Shown here: positions 25,503 through 38,666 of the stretch, piece after piece
Numbering within the stretch: the first letter of the stretch is position 1
Layout: every line of letters starts with the position of its first letter
DNA from: Welwitschia mirabilis
Taxonomy: Eukaryota
Assembly: GCA_051453625.1 (NCBI GenBank)
Contig: JBOZIK010000001.1
Location: 1,032,199 to 1,076,566, forward strand
Length of the DNA: 44,368 nucleotides
Reading direction: 5' to 3'
Program-made: the position numbers and the translations under genes
Notes under the pieces: model-generated
What the model saw: the letters and a program-made list of their open reading frames with translations, nothing else
Databases searched by the model: none
What the model was told of the DNA's origin: nothing

Positions 25503-27559
25503 CATCATGACCCGTTTTTGGGTTGTACTTAAAAGCATAATTTTTTTAATAATTAAATTTATTACCTTATAGTGAATCAATTTACATGATAAGGTTAAAC
25601 ATTGTAGTAGAATAATTAGGTTATGACTGAAAGACTTACCTCTTAGTTACTCATAAGATTTACATCAAGTGAAGTATGTGATGATAGATCACCTGACTAA
25701 TACCATAATTAATCTTAAGGTTAGTTGGAAATCTCAATTTGAAGCACATAAAAGAAGTGTAGAGGTTTCAATTGAGTGGTTAGCTACACTAATAGCTATG
25801 CAACCACACCTATGTAATACTCATCTAGAGGAGCTTAGACCATACGTAGTTCTATCTTGGATCTAGTTCTAATCTCCACTAATGCGCATGAGTGGAAGAT
25901 AGATCAAAGTGGTCCATATTAGTAGCATGTGGCAATGTGACATATGAAATAATGCAAAAACCAATGCAAGAACTTAATATTCAAACCAATATCCATAGAT
26001 ATTACACAAGAATATATGTACATATGCATAGTAGCTATATGTAAAAGTATAGGAGGTAGCCAGTGAAGGAACTCTAGAGGTTAAACAGTCAATCCTATTG
26101 AGGAATTCTAATACCTGATGATGATAATATACATGTATATTANNNNNNNNNNNNNNNNNNNNNNNNNNNNNNNNNNNNNNNNNNNNNNNNNNNNNNNNNN
26201 NNNNNNNNNNNNNNNNNNNNNNNNNNNNNNNNNNNNNNNNNNNNNNNNNNNNNNNNNNNNNNNNNNNNNNNNNNNNNNNNNNNNNNNNNNNNNNNNNNNN
26301 NNNNNNNNNNNNNNNNNNNNNNNNNNNNNNNNNNNNNNNNNNNNNNNNNNNNNNNNNNNNNNNNNNNNNNNNNNNNNNNNNNNNNNNNNNNNNNNNNNNN
26401 NNNNNNNNNNNNNNNNNNNNNNNNNNNNNNNNNNNNNNNNNNNNNNNNNNNNNNNNNNNNNNNNNNNNNNNNNNNNNNNNNNNNNNNNNNNNNNNNNNNN
26501 NNNNNNNNNNNNNNNNNNNNNNNNNNNNNNNNNNNNNNNNNNNNNNNNNNNNNNNNNNNNNNNNNNNNNNNNNNNNNNNNNNNNNNNNNNNNNNNNNNNN
26601 NNNNNNNNNNNNNNNNNNNNNNNNNNNNNNNNNNNNNNNNNNNNNNNNNNNNNNNNNNNNNNNNNNNNNNNNNNNNNNNNNNNNNNNNNNNNNNNNNNNN
26701 NNNNNNNNNNNNNNNNNNNNNNNNNNNNNNNNNNNNNNNNNNNNNNNNNNNNNNNAGCATAAAAGATCCCTTATATCTCACATAACATCTTAGTAAGAAT
26801 CAATGAGAGGAAAGCATCATAATAGAATGTTATTATATAAACTCATGTAGAAATATGATTAACACACATACATATCTACACACAAATATACACACGTGTC
26901 ATTTCGGTATGATATCTCTTCGTTGCTTCTTTTATAACATGACATAATAAATCTAATAATATAAAAATATAAAATGTATAAAGTGCCACAAGAAACAACC
27001 TGTATGCCATTGATTAAGTCACTAGTCTCGACAAGACTTAGTTTAATAGAAATTAAAGGGTAAGGATCGCTAATTAAATGCCTAATTATTATAATAAACA
27101 TCATAGAATAATCACTATTATTATATCATTTTGTGCATAAGATAACAAATAACTACTTGGAACATTTAACTCATATGCATGAACATGTAAGAAATTATAT
27201 TTAAGGATATATACCTAGAAAGCATTAAAAATACTAGAAGAAACCATGATCATTGGAGACTATGCTTAAACCTACATCATTTTATAACTATACTATATAT
27301 ACTTTAGTTGTATTATACAATAAGTAACATGATTATTGATCACTACATCTAATAATATCTAATATTCATTATAAATTAATTACTAAGTACTTAAGTGTAA
27401 CAAAGGATTTTATTGAAATAATTATAATAACAACATATTTAAGGAGAAAAAGATGAGTATTTAATCTTATCTTATTGCTTATTTCTTTATGTATCTATTT
27501 GCATCATTAATGTATTCTTAAGAATAAAACATGTTTTCCCTTTATAGTATATACATATA

Positions 27560-27920
27560 ATACTATACATATGAGATAGCATAATATAAGTTAATATAAT
27601 ATTATGCATATAATAAAATATTATATAGATACACACATAAACACATACACCTATATAATATTATGTCTATGAGATACCTTAATATAAAATAATATAATCT
27701 TATGCCTATAATGAAACATAATATAATTTATAAGAAATATAATTTATTATGATATAATGTATAATCTAATATATATGTAATATAATATAACATAATGTAC
27801 AATATATAATACAATACAATATAAAATAATATAATTATAATTTAATTACAATGCAATACAATACAATACAATACAATACAATACAATACAATATATTATA
27901 TTATATATAACATTATGCAT
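27560..27920. repeat. Degenerate pentamer (C/T)AATA array with a perfect (CAATA)8 core at 27854-27893
   Basis: Seen directly. Confidence 0.85.
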
Positions 27921-28582
27921 ATGAATTAGCATAGGATTATCTTCCCTGAGTGTTTGTTTAAATCTAAGAAAACAATTTCGGCTTAATAATAAAGGTAAGA
28001 AATGTTTGCTAATATTATGAATGAAAAACATTACATATTCTCCTTCATATGAGGCTATTGTAATTACAATAAAATATTTTATTTTGAACAAAAAAATGAT
28101 TATAGAAGATAAGATTCGATAATTTTTCCTAGCAATTAATTTAAGTAATATTGAATCTTTGTGATTTTCCTCTAAGACTAGCATTATTAATGAGAGGATC
28201 AATTTTCTCAAAGAATTTCTAGGTAGAACTCGTGACCTCCTTCATGAAATCTTCTTATTTGATGACATCTAGCTTTTAAGCCAAGGCTTTAATACTAAAG
28301 TCTAATGCACTTAGTTCTTTACAGATAACCAAAACAATTTCGTTTTCCTTATAACTACAATAATATTGCAGCCATAACAAATTAGAGAGAGATAAAAATG
28401 TCTTACAAGTTGGAAGAAGAAACTTTTGTGAAAGTAACCTTTTCTTGGAGTCTACACTCCTTTTCCATCCTTGGGTTTGCTTAGTCCTTTGAATAATTAC
28501 TTGATAACAAATGATTCAATGTCTTTACATGCTTATGTCATGTTTTGCATTTGCTATAACCACATGCATGCAAAGATCAGGG

Positions 28583-31500
28583 TAGGCCTCCTTCCTTAAC
28601 CATCCAAGTATTTAAATAAATACTTTATTATGCTATTAGATATATGGTCTTTTAGAGAGACCAGGGGAGGCCTTCTTCCTCAACCATCCAAGTATTTCAA
28701 AACTCAAAATAGGCCCAGCCAAGGATAAGAAACATGAAATGGCTAGTAAACCTTCATAAACTCAACTCTAGATGCTTGGTATGGGAATGGAAGATCCAGT
28801 CTCAGGGAGAAATAAAGGCAAACTTCGTTGCAAGAATGCCTAATCCTCCTAACTTAGTAAGTCTTCCAAGAATAAAGGGATAGTTTCTACCCTAGCCACT
28901 TAGCATGGCTTTAGCTATTTGAAATGTTAGGGGNNNNNNNNNNNNNNNNNNNNNNNNNNNNNNNNNNNNNNNNNNNNNNNNNNNNNNNNNNNNNNNNNNN
29001 NNNNNNNNNNNNNNNNNNNNNNNNNNNNNNNNNNNNNNNNNNNNNNNNNNNNNNNNNNNNNNNNNNNNNNNNNNNNNNNNNNNNNNNNNNNNNNNNNNNN
29101 NNNNNNNNNNNNNNNNNNNNNNNNNNNNNNNNNNNNNNNNNNNNNNNNNNNNNNNNNNNNNNNNNNNNNNNNNNNNNNNNNNNNNNNNNNNNNNNNNNNN
29201 NNNNNNNNNNNNNNNNNNNNNNNNNNNNNNNNNNNNNNNNNNNNNNNNNNNNNNNNNNNNNNNNNNNNNNNNNNNNNNNNNNNNNNNNNNNNNNNNNNNN
29301 NNNNNNNNNNNNNNNNNNNNNNNTCCGATCTAGTTTCTACCCTAGCCACTTAGCATGGCTTTAGCTATTTGAAATGTTAGGGGGCTAGGCTCCTTGGAGA
29401 AACAATGAGAGATCAAATCATTTCCCAATTCTAACTCTCTAAAGTTTTTTGGTTTTATTAAAACTAAGTTGCAGGCACAATCCCTTACTAACTTTGTGGA
29501 CAGACACTTCCTTGACAGCAATTTTATGAATAATTTTGACACTAGTAGAAAAGGAAGAATTTTGATTATATGGATGCTTCAATTCATAGAAGTCCATGAT
29601 ATTTTTAAGTTAAACCAATGCATCTATAGCATCCTCAAGCACAACGATGAAGCAACCATTTTCTATGTTACTATAGTCTCTAGATGCAACACCCCAGCCA
29701 TGAGAAAATCCTTATAGAGTGATCTTAGCAAGATTGCTGAATTTATTAATGAACCATGGATTAGTTGTAGGGATTTAAACTACATCCTATTAGCAAAGGA
29801 TAAATTCAATGGTAGAAGAGTCACTAGAAGAAATACATAGGAACTTCTGAGATTTACTTCAATGCATCATGTCACTAATTTAAATTATACAAGTGAATTC
29901 TTTACTTGGAGTGATCTACAACATTCATAAAATAGAATATATTGCAAACTAGATAGGACCTTAGTTAATGATATGTGAATAAATATTCTTGAAAATTCCT
30001 TTTTTTATTTCAAGCCTCTAGGATTTTCTGATCATTCACCTTGTGAGGTGACTTATGGTTTGATCGCAAGAAAGATTACTCCCTTTAGGTTTGTTAATAG
30101 GTGGTGTCTAGATGACAATTTCATGAATATTATAGCTTCTTCTTGGTCAAGTCACCTTGTGGGCTATCTAATGCATATCTTGTGCTAGTGATTGAAACTG
30201 GTAAATAATGCACTCAAAGTTCTTCATCGTTCTAACTATAGTAATATTGCAAATTAAGCAAAGGCAGCCAAAGAGGATCTTCATGTCATTCAGCACACTA
30301 TGAAAACAAACCTAAGGAAATTAAACCTCCTTTTAGAATAATTAAGGAGATACAAGAGATACAAGAGGCTTCTGAAAGAAGAGATCATGATGTATAAATA
30401 GAGAACAAAGGATTCCTAGATTAGGGAGGATGACTCCAACTTAGCTTTCTTCCATGCCCAGATGATGAAGAATAGAGTCAATGGTAACATTCATGTGCTT
30501 TTTAAAATTAATGGCACCAGAATAAAATCTCTTGAAGGATGTAAGCAGGAGATATTATACTTCTTTCACGCTCTCTTAGGCACTAGCTTAGATAGGCCTA
30601 CAATCGAGTAAGACTCCATCAATATAGGAGCAAAACTATATGAGCATCAGTGCATCCTTTTGTATTCTCCTGTAATTGACAGAGAGATAGAACAAGCCTT
30701 ATGGAGGATTTCAGATGATAAATTCCAAGGCCCAGATGGTTTCATAGCTAAATTCTTTAAAAAGGCATGGTTCATTATTAGTAAGCTGGTGAAGAGAGCT
30801 ATTTGGAACTTTTTAAAAATAGGTTATCTAATGAGGTCAATGAATTCAACCATTTTAGTGCTCATTCCTAAGAAGCATAATTCTTAGTTTGCACATGATT
30901 TTAGGCCTATAGCCTACTGTAATGTCATATACAAGTGCATTACAAATATTATTACAATTCGACTAAAACTAGTTATTACTTCACTAGTACGCCAGTAGAA
31001 GGATGCCTTCATTAAAGGGAGAAATATTATGGACAATATCATTCTAGCCTAAGAACTAGTTCAAAATTATTGTAGGAGTAAGATCAGTTTAAGATTCAAG
31101 ATCAAAATAGATCTAAAAAAATCCTATGATACTCTTAAATGGGGATTCCTTAAGTAATTGCATGTTTATATAGGGTTTTCTTTCAAATTCATCCAATGGA
31201 ACATGTCATGTGTAAGCATAGCAAGCTATTCCATTTAAGTTAATAGAGAGTTGCATGGATATATTAAAGGAATAAGGGGCATCAGATAAAAATAACTCAT
31301 GTCTTCATACATGTGCGCTCTTGTGATGGAATACTTTAGGAGAATACTAAGGTCTCACATAGCATCAAGCCCATCCAAGTACCACCCAAAATACAAAACT
31401 TTAGATCTTCCTCATCTTACCTTTGCAGATGATCTTATCCTCTTTAACAAGGAGATAATGTTTCAGTTAGGGTTCTCAAGAAAGATCTCCTTCAGTTTGC

Positions 31501-34185
31501 TCAAGAATCAGGAATTAAAGCTAATATTGAGAAATCCCAAATTTACTTTATAGGAGTAGGTCATATTATCAGGAGGGACATCCTAAGAGAACTAAAATTT
31601 AAGGAGGAATCCATTTCCTTTAATTATCTTAGAGGACCTCTACCCTTCATATCCTTAATAGTGAATGAATTCCTTCCTATGATTNNNNNNNNNNNNNNNN
31701 NNNNNNNNNNNNNNNNNNNNNNNNNNNNNNNNNNNNNNNNNNNNNNNNNNNNNNNNNNNNNNNNNNNNNNNNNNNNNNNNNNNNNNNNNNNNNNNNNNNN
31801 NNNNNNNNNNNNNNNNNNNNNNNNNNNNNNNNNNNNNNNNNNNNNNNNNNNNNNNNNNNNNNNNNNNNNNNNNNNNNNNNNNNNNNNNNNNNNNNNNNNN
31901 NNNNNNNNNNNNNNNNNNNNNNNNNNNNNNNNNNNNNNNNNNNNNNNNNNNNNNNNNNNNNNNNNNNNNNNNNNNNNNNNNNNNNNNNNNNNNNNNNNNN
32001 NNNNNNNNNNNNNNNNNNNNNNNNNNNNNNNNNNNNNNNNNNNNNNNNNNNNNNNNNNNNNNNNNNNNNNNNNNNNNNNNNNNNNNNNNNNNNNNNNNNN
32101 NNNNNNNNNNNNNNNNNNNNNNNNNNNNNNNNNNNNNNNNNNNNNNNNNNNNNNNNNNNNNNNNNNNNNNNNNNNNNNNNNNNNNNNNNNNNNNNNNNNN
32201 NNNNNNNNNNNNNNNNNNNNNNNNNNNNNNNNNNNNNNNNNNNNNNNNNNNNNNNNNNNNNNNNNNNNNNNNNNNNNNNNNNNNNNNNNNNNNNNNNNNN
32301 NNNNNNNNNNNNNNNNNTATAGGAGTAGGTCATATTATCAGGAGGGACATCCTAAGAGAACTGAAATTTAAGGAGGAATCCATTTCTTTTAATTATCTTA
32401 GAGGACCTCTATCCTTCAGATCCTTAATAGTGAATGAATTCCTTCCTATGATTGATAAAGTAATAACTAGAATTCATTGTTGGACTATCAAATTTTTGTC
32501 TTATGAAGGAAGGATAGAGTTGGTCAGATCGGTTCTTCAAAGCCTTCACTTATATTGGTATCAGACTTTTACTCTCCCAAAGAAAGTGTTGAAGGTTATA
32601 GAGTCTTCATGTAGAGCTTTCCTTTGGACAGGAAAGATAAATTATCCAAGGATTTGGTAACTTGGCAAAAAGTTTGCACTCCCAAATTAGAAGATGGCCT
32701 AGGCCTAAAAGACTTGTAACGCTATAACAAAGCGATCCTTTTAAATAATCTTTAGGCCATCATCAATAAACAAGACTCCTTCTGGTTTAAATGGGTGCAC
32801 ATCTTTTACTTAAAAGAGTTGAATATCTAGACAATTCCTCCTAATACATCCTTCTCTTAGAATTTCAAGAAGATTCTTAAAGACACAACCCTAAATTGTG
32901 TGCAAGTTTTGGATCATCATTTAGTGTGGAAGGATCCCTCCCCACCATTCTCAGTTTCAGCCTCATACCAAATCCTCCAACCACATCTTCCTAAGATGAA
33001 ATGATGTCCCTATCTATAGGGTAAATACAATTAGCTAAAATATTTATTTATTGCCTGATTATTAATACTTAATAGGTTGATGACAAAGGATAACTTACTT
33101 AAAATTGGTCTCATCTCCAACAACTCCTATGCCTTATGCAATTTTTTAACTAAGTCTAGGGAATACCTTTTCTTTCTCTACCCCTCCTCTAGTGAGGTGT
33201 GGACCAAAATAGCCTAGTTTTTCAAATTCTTCCCTCCTTTTAACTAGGTAGTTATGCTTCTTTAAGCTGAAACCCTTTTTAAGGCTAGAATAGAATGATC
33301 TCATACAACAATAGCGGCCTTCACATCGATTGTCTACAACATCTAATAGTAGAGAAACAATGTGATCTTTAAGAAGTCTCTTCCTTCTATGTAGTCCTAT
33401 TTCCTGCAAGTAAAATTCCAAGTGTGTTTAGCGGCCATCAAGACCACCAAACATACCCTAGCCAATAGGTAATGGTTTTTTGATTTCAAAATTTTCCTTG
33501 AATTCAAATAAGGCCTTTTTCACTCCCTTGTTTTTTATCTCTGCTTTTAGACCTCTTGCTTCTTGTGGTTCTTTTTTTGCTCTGTAATTTCTTTTCCATA
33601 GGACAAATCTAGTTGTTCTTTGAGGAATCTATTAAGTTCTTTCCAACACTATGTTTCTTCATCTTTAGTTTTTTTAAGAAGGTAGGTTCACTTCCTTATT
33701 GGGCCTACATTTTAGACTTAGAACAACAATGCAGTAGGGCATCTGAAAGCTCTCTTTAATGCTGGCCTACACTGCACCTCCACTCTATCTACCTTTCATT
33801 GTTAAAGGCTTCTTAGAAGATAAGGAACTTAAACCCATAACACTGCATTTTCGCACCAATGAGTAGGTAGAAAGGCTTATCTTGATCTCCTGCTCTACAG
33901 AGTGCCTTTACTATAGACAATTCCTTGATGTGATTCCAAACGCATTCTAGATGTGAGAAATTGTATGAGGCCCAATGCTTTTTATTTTAAGTTTGTTTTT
34001 TAAAGACTCATCAAGACTGCCTTGTGCTCACCTGTATTGGGTGTAAGGCTTAATGGCCTCTTGTTTTTATTCTCCTCAATCTAATCTAAGGGACTGGGCT
34101 AGGCCTTGGCTGATCACCCATTTTCTCTTAAGAGTTTGTACCTAGTACTCAGCCTATGGTAAATAAATGACTATTATTTGCCAAA
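28583..34185 (+). mobile_element. 5'-truncated plant L1-clade LINE
   Basis: Short putative ORF1 tail, full ORF2 domain set, 3' UTR with AATAAA (34162-34167) and a short A tail. Candidate TSD AAAGATCAGGG (28572-28582) / AAAGATTAAGG (34186-34196), 9/11 with one C>T and one G>A. Confidence 0.9.
29355..33510 (+). pseudogene. LINE ORF2 pseudogene (APE endonuclease, reverse transcriptase, zf-RVT)
   Basis: MALAI*NVRGL; LDRTLVN ~29949; SDHSP ~30028; GPDGF 30729; FRPIAYCNVIYKCI ~30899; KIDLKKSYD ~31104; HLTFADDL ~31413; GRIELVRSVLQS..LYW ~32508; WQKVCTPK.E.GLG ~32663; RLMTKDNL ~33074. Confidence 0.96.
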
Positions 34186-35138
34186 AAAGATTAAGGAAAT
34201 TTATTTAAGTGGCCTACTACTGTGATCATGTGTTTCATGTTTTTTTGAATTGAATGATAGAGAGCTTCCCTATAATCGTTAAAGGGAATATGTTTTCCTG
34301 TAGATCTTCATTCCTCCTTAGATTATTTCTCCTTGCTTTGGCCTCTTTTCTTGGCTACTCACATCCCTTCTATTTCCTTTGCTATCACTGCTTTGCTATT
34401 TAAAACCTTTCTTTGTGTAACTCTACTCTTTATAACCTTTCGGATGTGTGCTATTATCATCTCACTATTGCAATTTAACAAAGGTAAAAACATGATTCTA
34501 CCATTTGTTATCTGTGTAAGAGAGATTTTAATGCACTCTAATGGAGTGCAATGGGTAGCAGAAGGTAAAGAGAACTGCATCATATTACAAGAATAAATCA
34601 AACCTTACACCCTATGGAGTTTTCATTTAAGGTTTTGTTTGTCCATGTTAATCTTATTCTTTGGAAGGTCATCAGTTATAAGAATTAGAGCCTGATAAGA
34701 AAATCTAAGAAATGATAAAGGTTGCTTCATTATAAGAAATATTTCATAAAACTCTTAACTCTATAAGATTGGAAAACTTCTTGACTCCATAAACAACGCT
34801 TGAATCAAGATTTTGATGCTTCATGACTCTTAACAAATTAATTTTAAAATTTGGATAATGCCTCACATGCTCCTTGAACTTATAGTAAACTTTCTTGTAA
34901 TTCTTCACAACTTTTAGAAATGTGTTACCCAAACTAGTACAATTCCTTAGATTTGGGACTCATCACTCAAGGCATAACACATGATCATGGTTTGTCAGGT
35001 GACTGTTTTTTGGACTATTTGAAAAATGAAAATTGTAGATTTTTGGAGCTTGACATAAACTATTTAGATATTATCGATGACTTCAAAGTGGATTATCACC
35101 ACAATACACATCCTAAAGTAGTAGGGTATTATAATTAG

Positions 35139-36584
35139 TCAGGTGCAAAGAAGAGATCTATAAATATGAAAGACATATAACCCATGTGAAGACATCTATA
35201 CAACATTTAGAGAGTCTTTAACTTAAGTTTAAAACTTATGTTTTGAATAGTATGATGCGTTTCAAAGACTTATAGTGAAGACGTCTTCACAAAGTAAAAA
35301 CATCTACCACACCTCTGGATAACTATAGAATAGAATATGCCTTGATTGAATCAAATGATTTTTATTAGAAGATGTTTATAGATTTTGAAGACATCTATAG
35401 ATCATCTAGATGTCTATAACTGTGAAACATCTTGCATAATTTAAAGAGGCCTAATCAAGAGACATTTACCAAAGTTAAATAAATCCTTATTGAGGACAAA
35501 AACTAATAAAGAATAACTAAGGGTTGAAGATGTCTACACCTAGTAAAGCAATATATAGGATTATAAGATACCTCCCAAAGTTAAAGACATCTTAGTTGAG
35601 CTAAAAATCATTCTATAATGGCTATAGGTTAAAGACATATATACCTGTTAACATTATCTAAAGATATCTATTATGAGTAAAATAAAAAAAATAAAATAGT
35701 TATTAAAGGATGAAGATCTAATTGATTTGCATGCCTTCATTAAAGGAAAACCTAGTAAAATGGTTTTATATAAGAGGGAATAAAAAATATAAGATAAAAA
35801 TAACAAGAATAAATAAAAACAAATAGAACTGGTTGATAAAAATAGATTAAAATGAAATAAGAATATGCAAGCATACAAGGAACTAAAATGAAATATTAAG
35901 AATAAGGAAACATAGTAGGACATTATCATTGACGTTTAGCAATTCTTCTCATAGAGTTTCAAGATATCATTCTTTTAAATAATATTCTAAACATTGTTGC
36001 ATAATGAAGAAAAAGAAAGGTGAATTGAATTTGCAATCTTACCTTTTCTTCTTAAGTAAGCAAGTTCCATTTGCTATTGAACTTTTTGACTTTCAAGCTT
36101 AGTTCTCTATTGTATATGTACTTAAAGATGGACATTTGATTGACTACAATCTTTGTAGTTTTACATTTAATTTTTACTTCTTTTTAAGCCTTTAAGAGGT
36201 TTGTATGTTATTGGGTTTAAGTTGAATTTCAAGTGCACTAGATAAGGGATTGACATGTGTTCTTATTAGAAACACTTGTTTCATGATTTTAAACCCTTAG
36301 GGGTTGAGTTGACTACATTGTAGGGAGAAATTCCTTTGTACTTAGCATTTTAAGATTAGTAATAAGTTTTAAACTATAGTTTTGTGCTAAGTAGGAAAGA
36401 TCTTAAGGTGTACTTGGTTTAATCTAAGTTTAGAGTACCCAAATGAAGGAACCACATTGTATCAATCGGAGTTCCATTATGTTTTTGGATGCACTTTGTT
36501 TTAGGTAGTTATTAATTTATTATCATAATCTAATGTTTTATTTAGAAATCATTTACATCTTCCATTTAAGTTCTATAATCCATA
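35139..36584 (+). repeat. 3' LTR of the Sirevirus-like element, right fragment, with the palindrome array (35168-35670)
   Basis: Colinear with 17757-19316; ends TATAATCCATA (= TATGATTCACA). Perfect palindrome GTGAAGACGTCTTCAC at 35275-35290. Confidence 0.9.
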
Positions 36585-38666
36585 AACAGTTGTTTATTTT
36601 TAAAATAGACTTTCAACTAAAGCTCTAAATGAAGATCTTCTAATACATGAGATATTTTTCTATGATTATCTAAGAACTTTTAGAAGTAAATGCTTCATGG
36701 ACATTATGTAATAATTAAAAAAAATTAAAAAATAAATTCAAAACCTATTTTATGATTGATTATTCAGATAAAAACAAATCCTACTGAGTATGGGATCCAA
36801 CTTTCAAAAAGGTCATTATTACCTAAAATTTATATTCAATGAAATAACTACAATTGATAATCTTGTTTTATCTACATCATTTAATGGCCTAATTTCAAGT
36901 AAAATAGGGATATTAATATCTCTTAATGAATCTACTAATCAAGTTTAGATAAATTATATTCAAAATGCTTAATATCAAATTTTCAAATCTTGAGAATAAA
37001 TGATCATAATTATGGTAAAGATCAAGTTGTTCCTACTACAGATAATGATGGAAAACAAGACATGAAATTATGAAACATGAATGCCATATTGGAAAGAAAA
37101 GTTTTTAATTCATTGCATAAAGATGGAAGAAGTTATCTAAAAGTAAATTCAATTTTAACTAGATAAAGTTAAAAAGCATTTATTTCTACTATCAATGAAA
37201 TAAGTGATGTTGAGCTAGATAATGTAAAATAAGCTCTTGAGAACTTAAATTGTAATAATTCAATGTAATAAGAGGATGATATGATCATGCAAAATAAAAC
37301 TTAGAAACTGTTCAAAGTAACAAAGAAGTCAATTCATACAAAATGGAAGTCTTATATCAAGTTTAATTAGTTTGGTATAATTAGTTTAATATAATAAACA
37401 CGGTTAGGGTTATTATTAAAGGTTTTGTATAAAATAGTACAACTAGAGTTNNNNNNNNNNTTGGTATCAAATGTACATTCTTAAATGAAGTCCTTGAGAA
37501 AGAAATCTAGATAACCCAATCTAAAGGCTTTGAAATTAAGGACCATGAAACAAAAGTCTATAGACTAAGAAATATTTATGTGGCCTAAAATGTTCTTTCT
37601 AAGTAGGATTTGAGTAGATTAATAGATTATTTAAGAATATTGATTTTAATAGGTCACCTATAGATATAGATCTCTATTAGAATCATACATTGAATAAATA
37701 GTGTTGTGATACTATATATTGATGAAATAATATTAATAGGGTAGTACAAAATAGGGATTAAGAAAGTAAAGGACTTCCTTAGTTAAAAGTTTAAAATTTC
37801 AAATCTTTGATCTCTTAATTATTTTCTAGGATTTTGAATATTAAGAAATGATAAAACAAGTAGAATGTTTCATAAAAAATATGTTAATGAAATACTTGAG
37901 TAATAATAGTTTAAGAACTATTAATAATAGAACAATCCCATAGAACTAGTGATGAAGATAAAAATTGATGAATCAATAAAAAATAAAAGCCAATGAAATT
38001 CTAGAAGTTGATTAAAAAGTTAATATATTTCATAAACAAAACACCAAATAACATGTTTGCTATTATTAACCTTGCTATATTCATGCATTTCCTAGAATAA
38101 ACACACATGTAGTTGCTAATCAATATACTAAAGTACTTAGAACAATACAGTAAGGCATAATATTTAAGAAGTACAAAGAAATTTTAGGCCATCACATGGA
38201 TTCAGATTCAGCTAATGTTGAATATAGTGGATTAACCATAGGTTATATCATTTAATTGAATGGAAAAACTATTTTATTGTTAAGACAAAAACAAAAATAA
38301 ACTACACTTTATTTTACTAGAGTAGAGTATATTATAGTAGCAACACTATGTTGTGAATTAAAATGGATTCATCAAATTTTAAGTTATCTCAAAGAAAAGA
38401 CACTTGAATTTAATTCATCCCCATTATGATAATCAAAGTACAACTAAACTTATGAAGAATCATATATTTCATGAAAGAACAAAGAAGGTTAAATATAAAT
38501 TCCACTACATTAAAGAATTGTATTTGGAGGGAATTATCAATCCAAGTTACATAACTACCTAGTAGTACATAGCAAATGAACTTATAAAACCAACTGAAGG
38601 AAGAAACCTAGTAGTTCATGGAAGCTCTACAAATCCAATAAAAAGACTGAAAAGTTTGAGAAAGGG
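36585..38666 (+). pseudogene. Outer Ty1/Copia element, right part: integrase end, RT, RNase H, PPT
   Basis: TVVYF*NRLSTKAL 36586; YLRTFRSKCF ~36667; decayed W..AM..E.....N.TW.L ~37250-37310; KCTFLN ~37469; LYIDE ~37712; DSDS ~38199; DNQS ~38428; FHERTK..KFHYIKE ~38468; PPT GAGAAAGGG 38658-38666. Confidence 0.9.

Larger units (their letters stand above)
25503..35133. mobile_element. Gypsy (Tekay-type) solo LTR, ~4.0 kb after removing the nested LINE
   Basis: Termini CATCATGACCC (decayed TGTCACGACCC) and GGGTATTATA (decayed GGGTATTACA). 5-bp TSD TTTAG (25498-25502) / ATTAG (35134-35138). Excision gives an ungapped match to the 5' LTR. No gag/pol recognised inside. Confidence 0.72.
17676..36584 (+). 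mobile_element. Sirevirus (SIRE/Maximus)-like Ty1/Copia LTR retrotransposon, full length but degenerate, with nested insertions in its 3' LTR
   Basis: 5' LTR 17676-19316 (TGTTG...CACA), Met PBS, gag-pol, ~1.3-kb extra region, PPT, and 3' LTR 25403-25502 plus 35139-36584. Flanks AAAAA/AACAG; removing the element restores the host integrase frame. Confidence 0.9.

Noticed and set aside
25503..25900. Faint resemblance to the plant mobile domain motif (RV.RQFG..Q) and ORF 25669-25866
   Set aside because: It needs many back-mutations, lies at the terminus of the solo LTR, and has no second supporting motif.
28881..29383. Exact 53-bp repeat duplicating the LINE ORF2 start across a gap, preceded by TCCGATCT (29324-29331)
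   Set aside because: TCCGATCT is the 3' end of the Illumina adapter (...CTCTTCCGATCT) at a contig edge, and the repeat length equals that of the other exact overlap. Assembly artefact.
1469..32371. Long ORFs in the track at 1469-1723, 26118-26781, 28924-29364 and 31661-32371
   Set aside because: They consist almost entirely of N runs (X residues).
35105..35139. Possible Helitron 3' end (weak hairpin plus TTAG|T)
   Set aside because: No 5' TC at the left junction. A 5-bp TSD and Tekay-type GACCC/GGGT termini explain the insertion better as an LTR.
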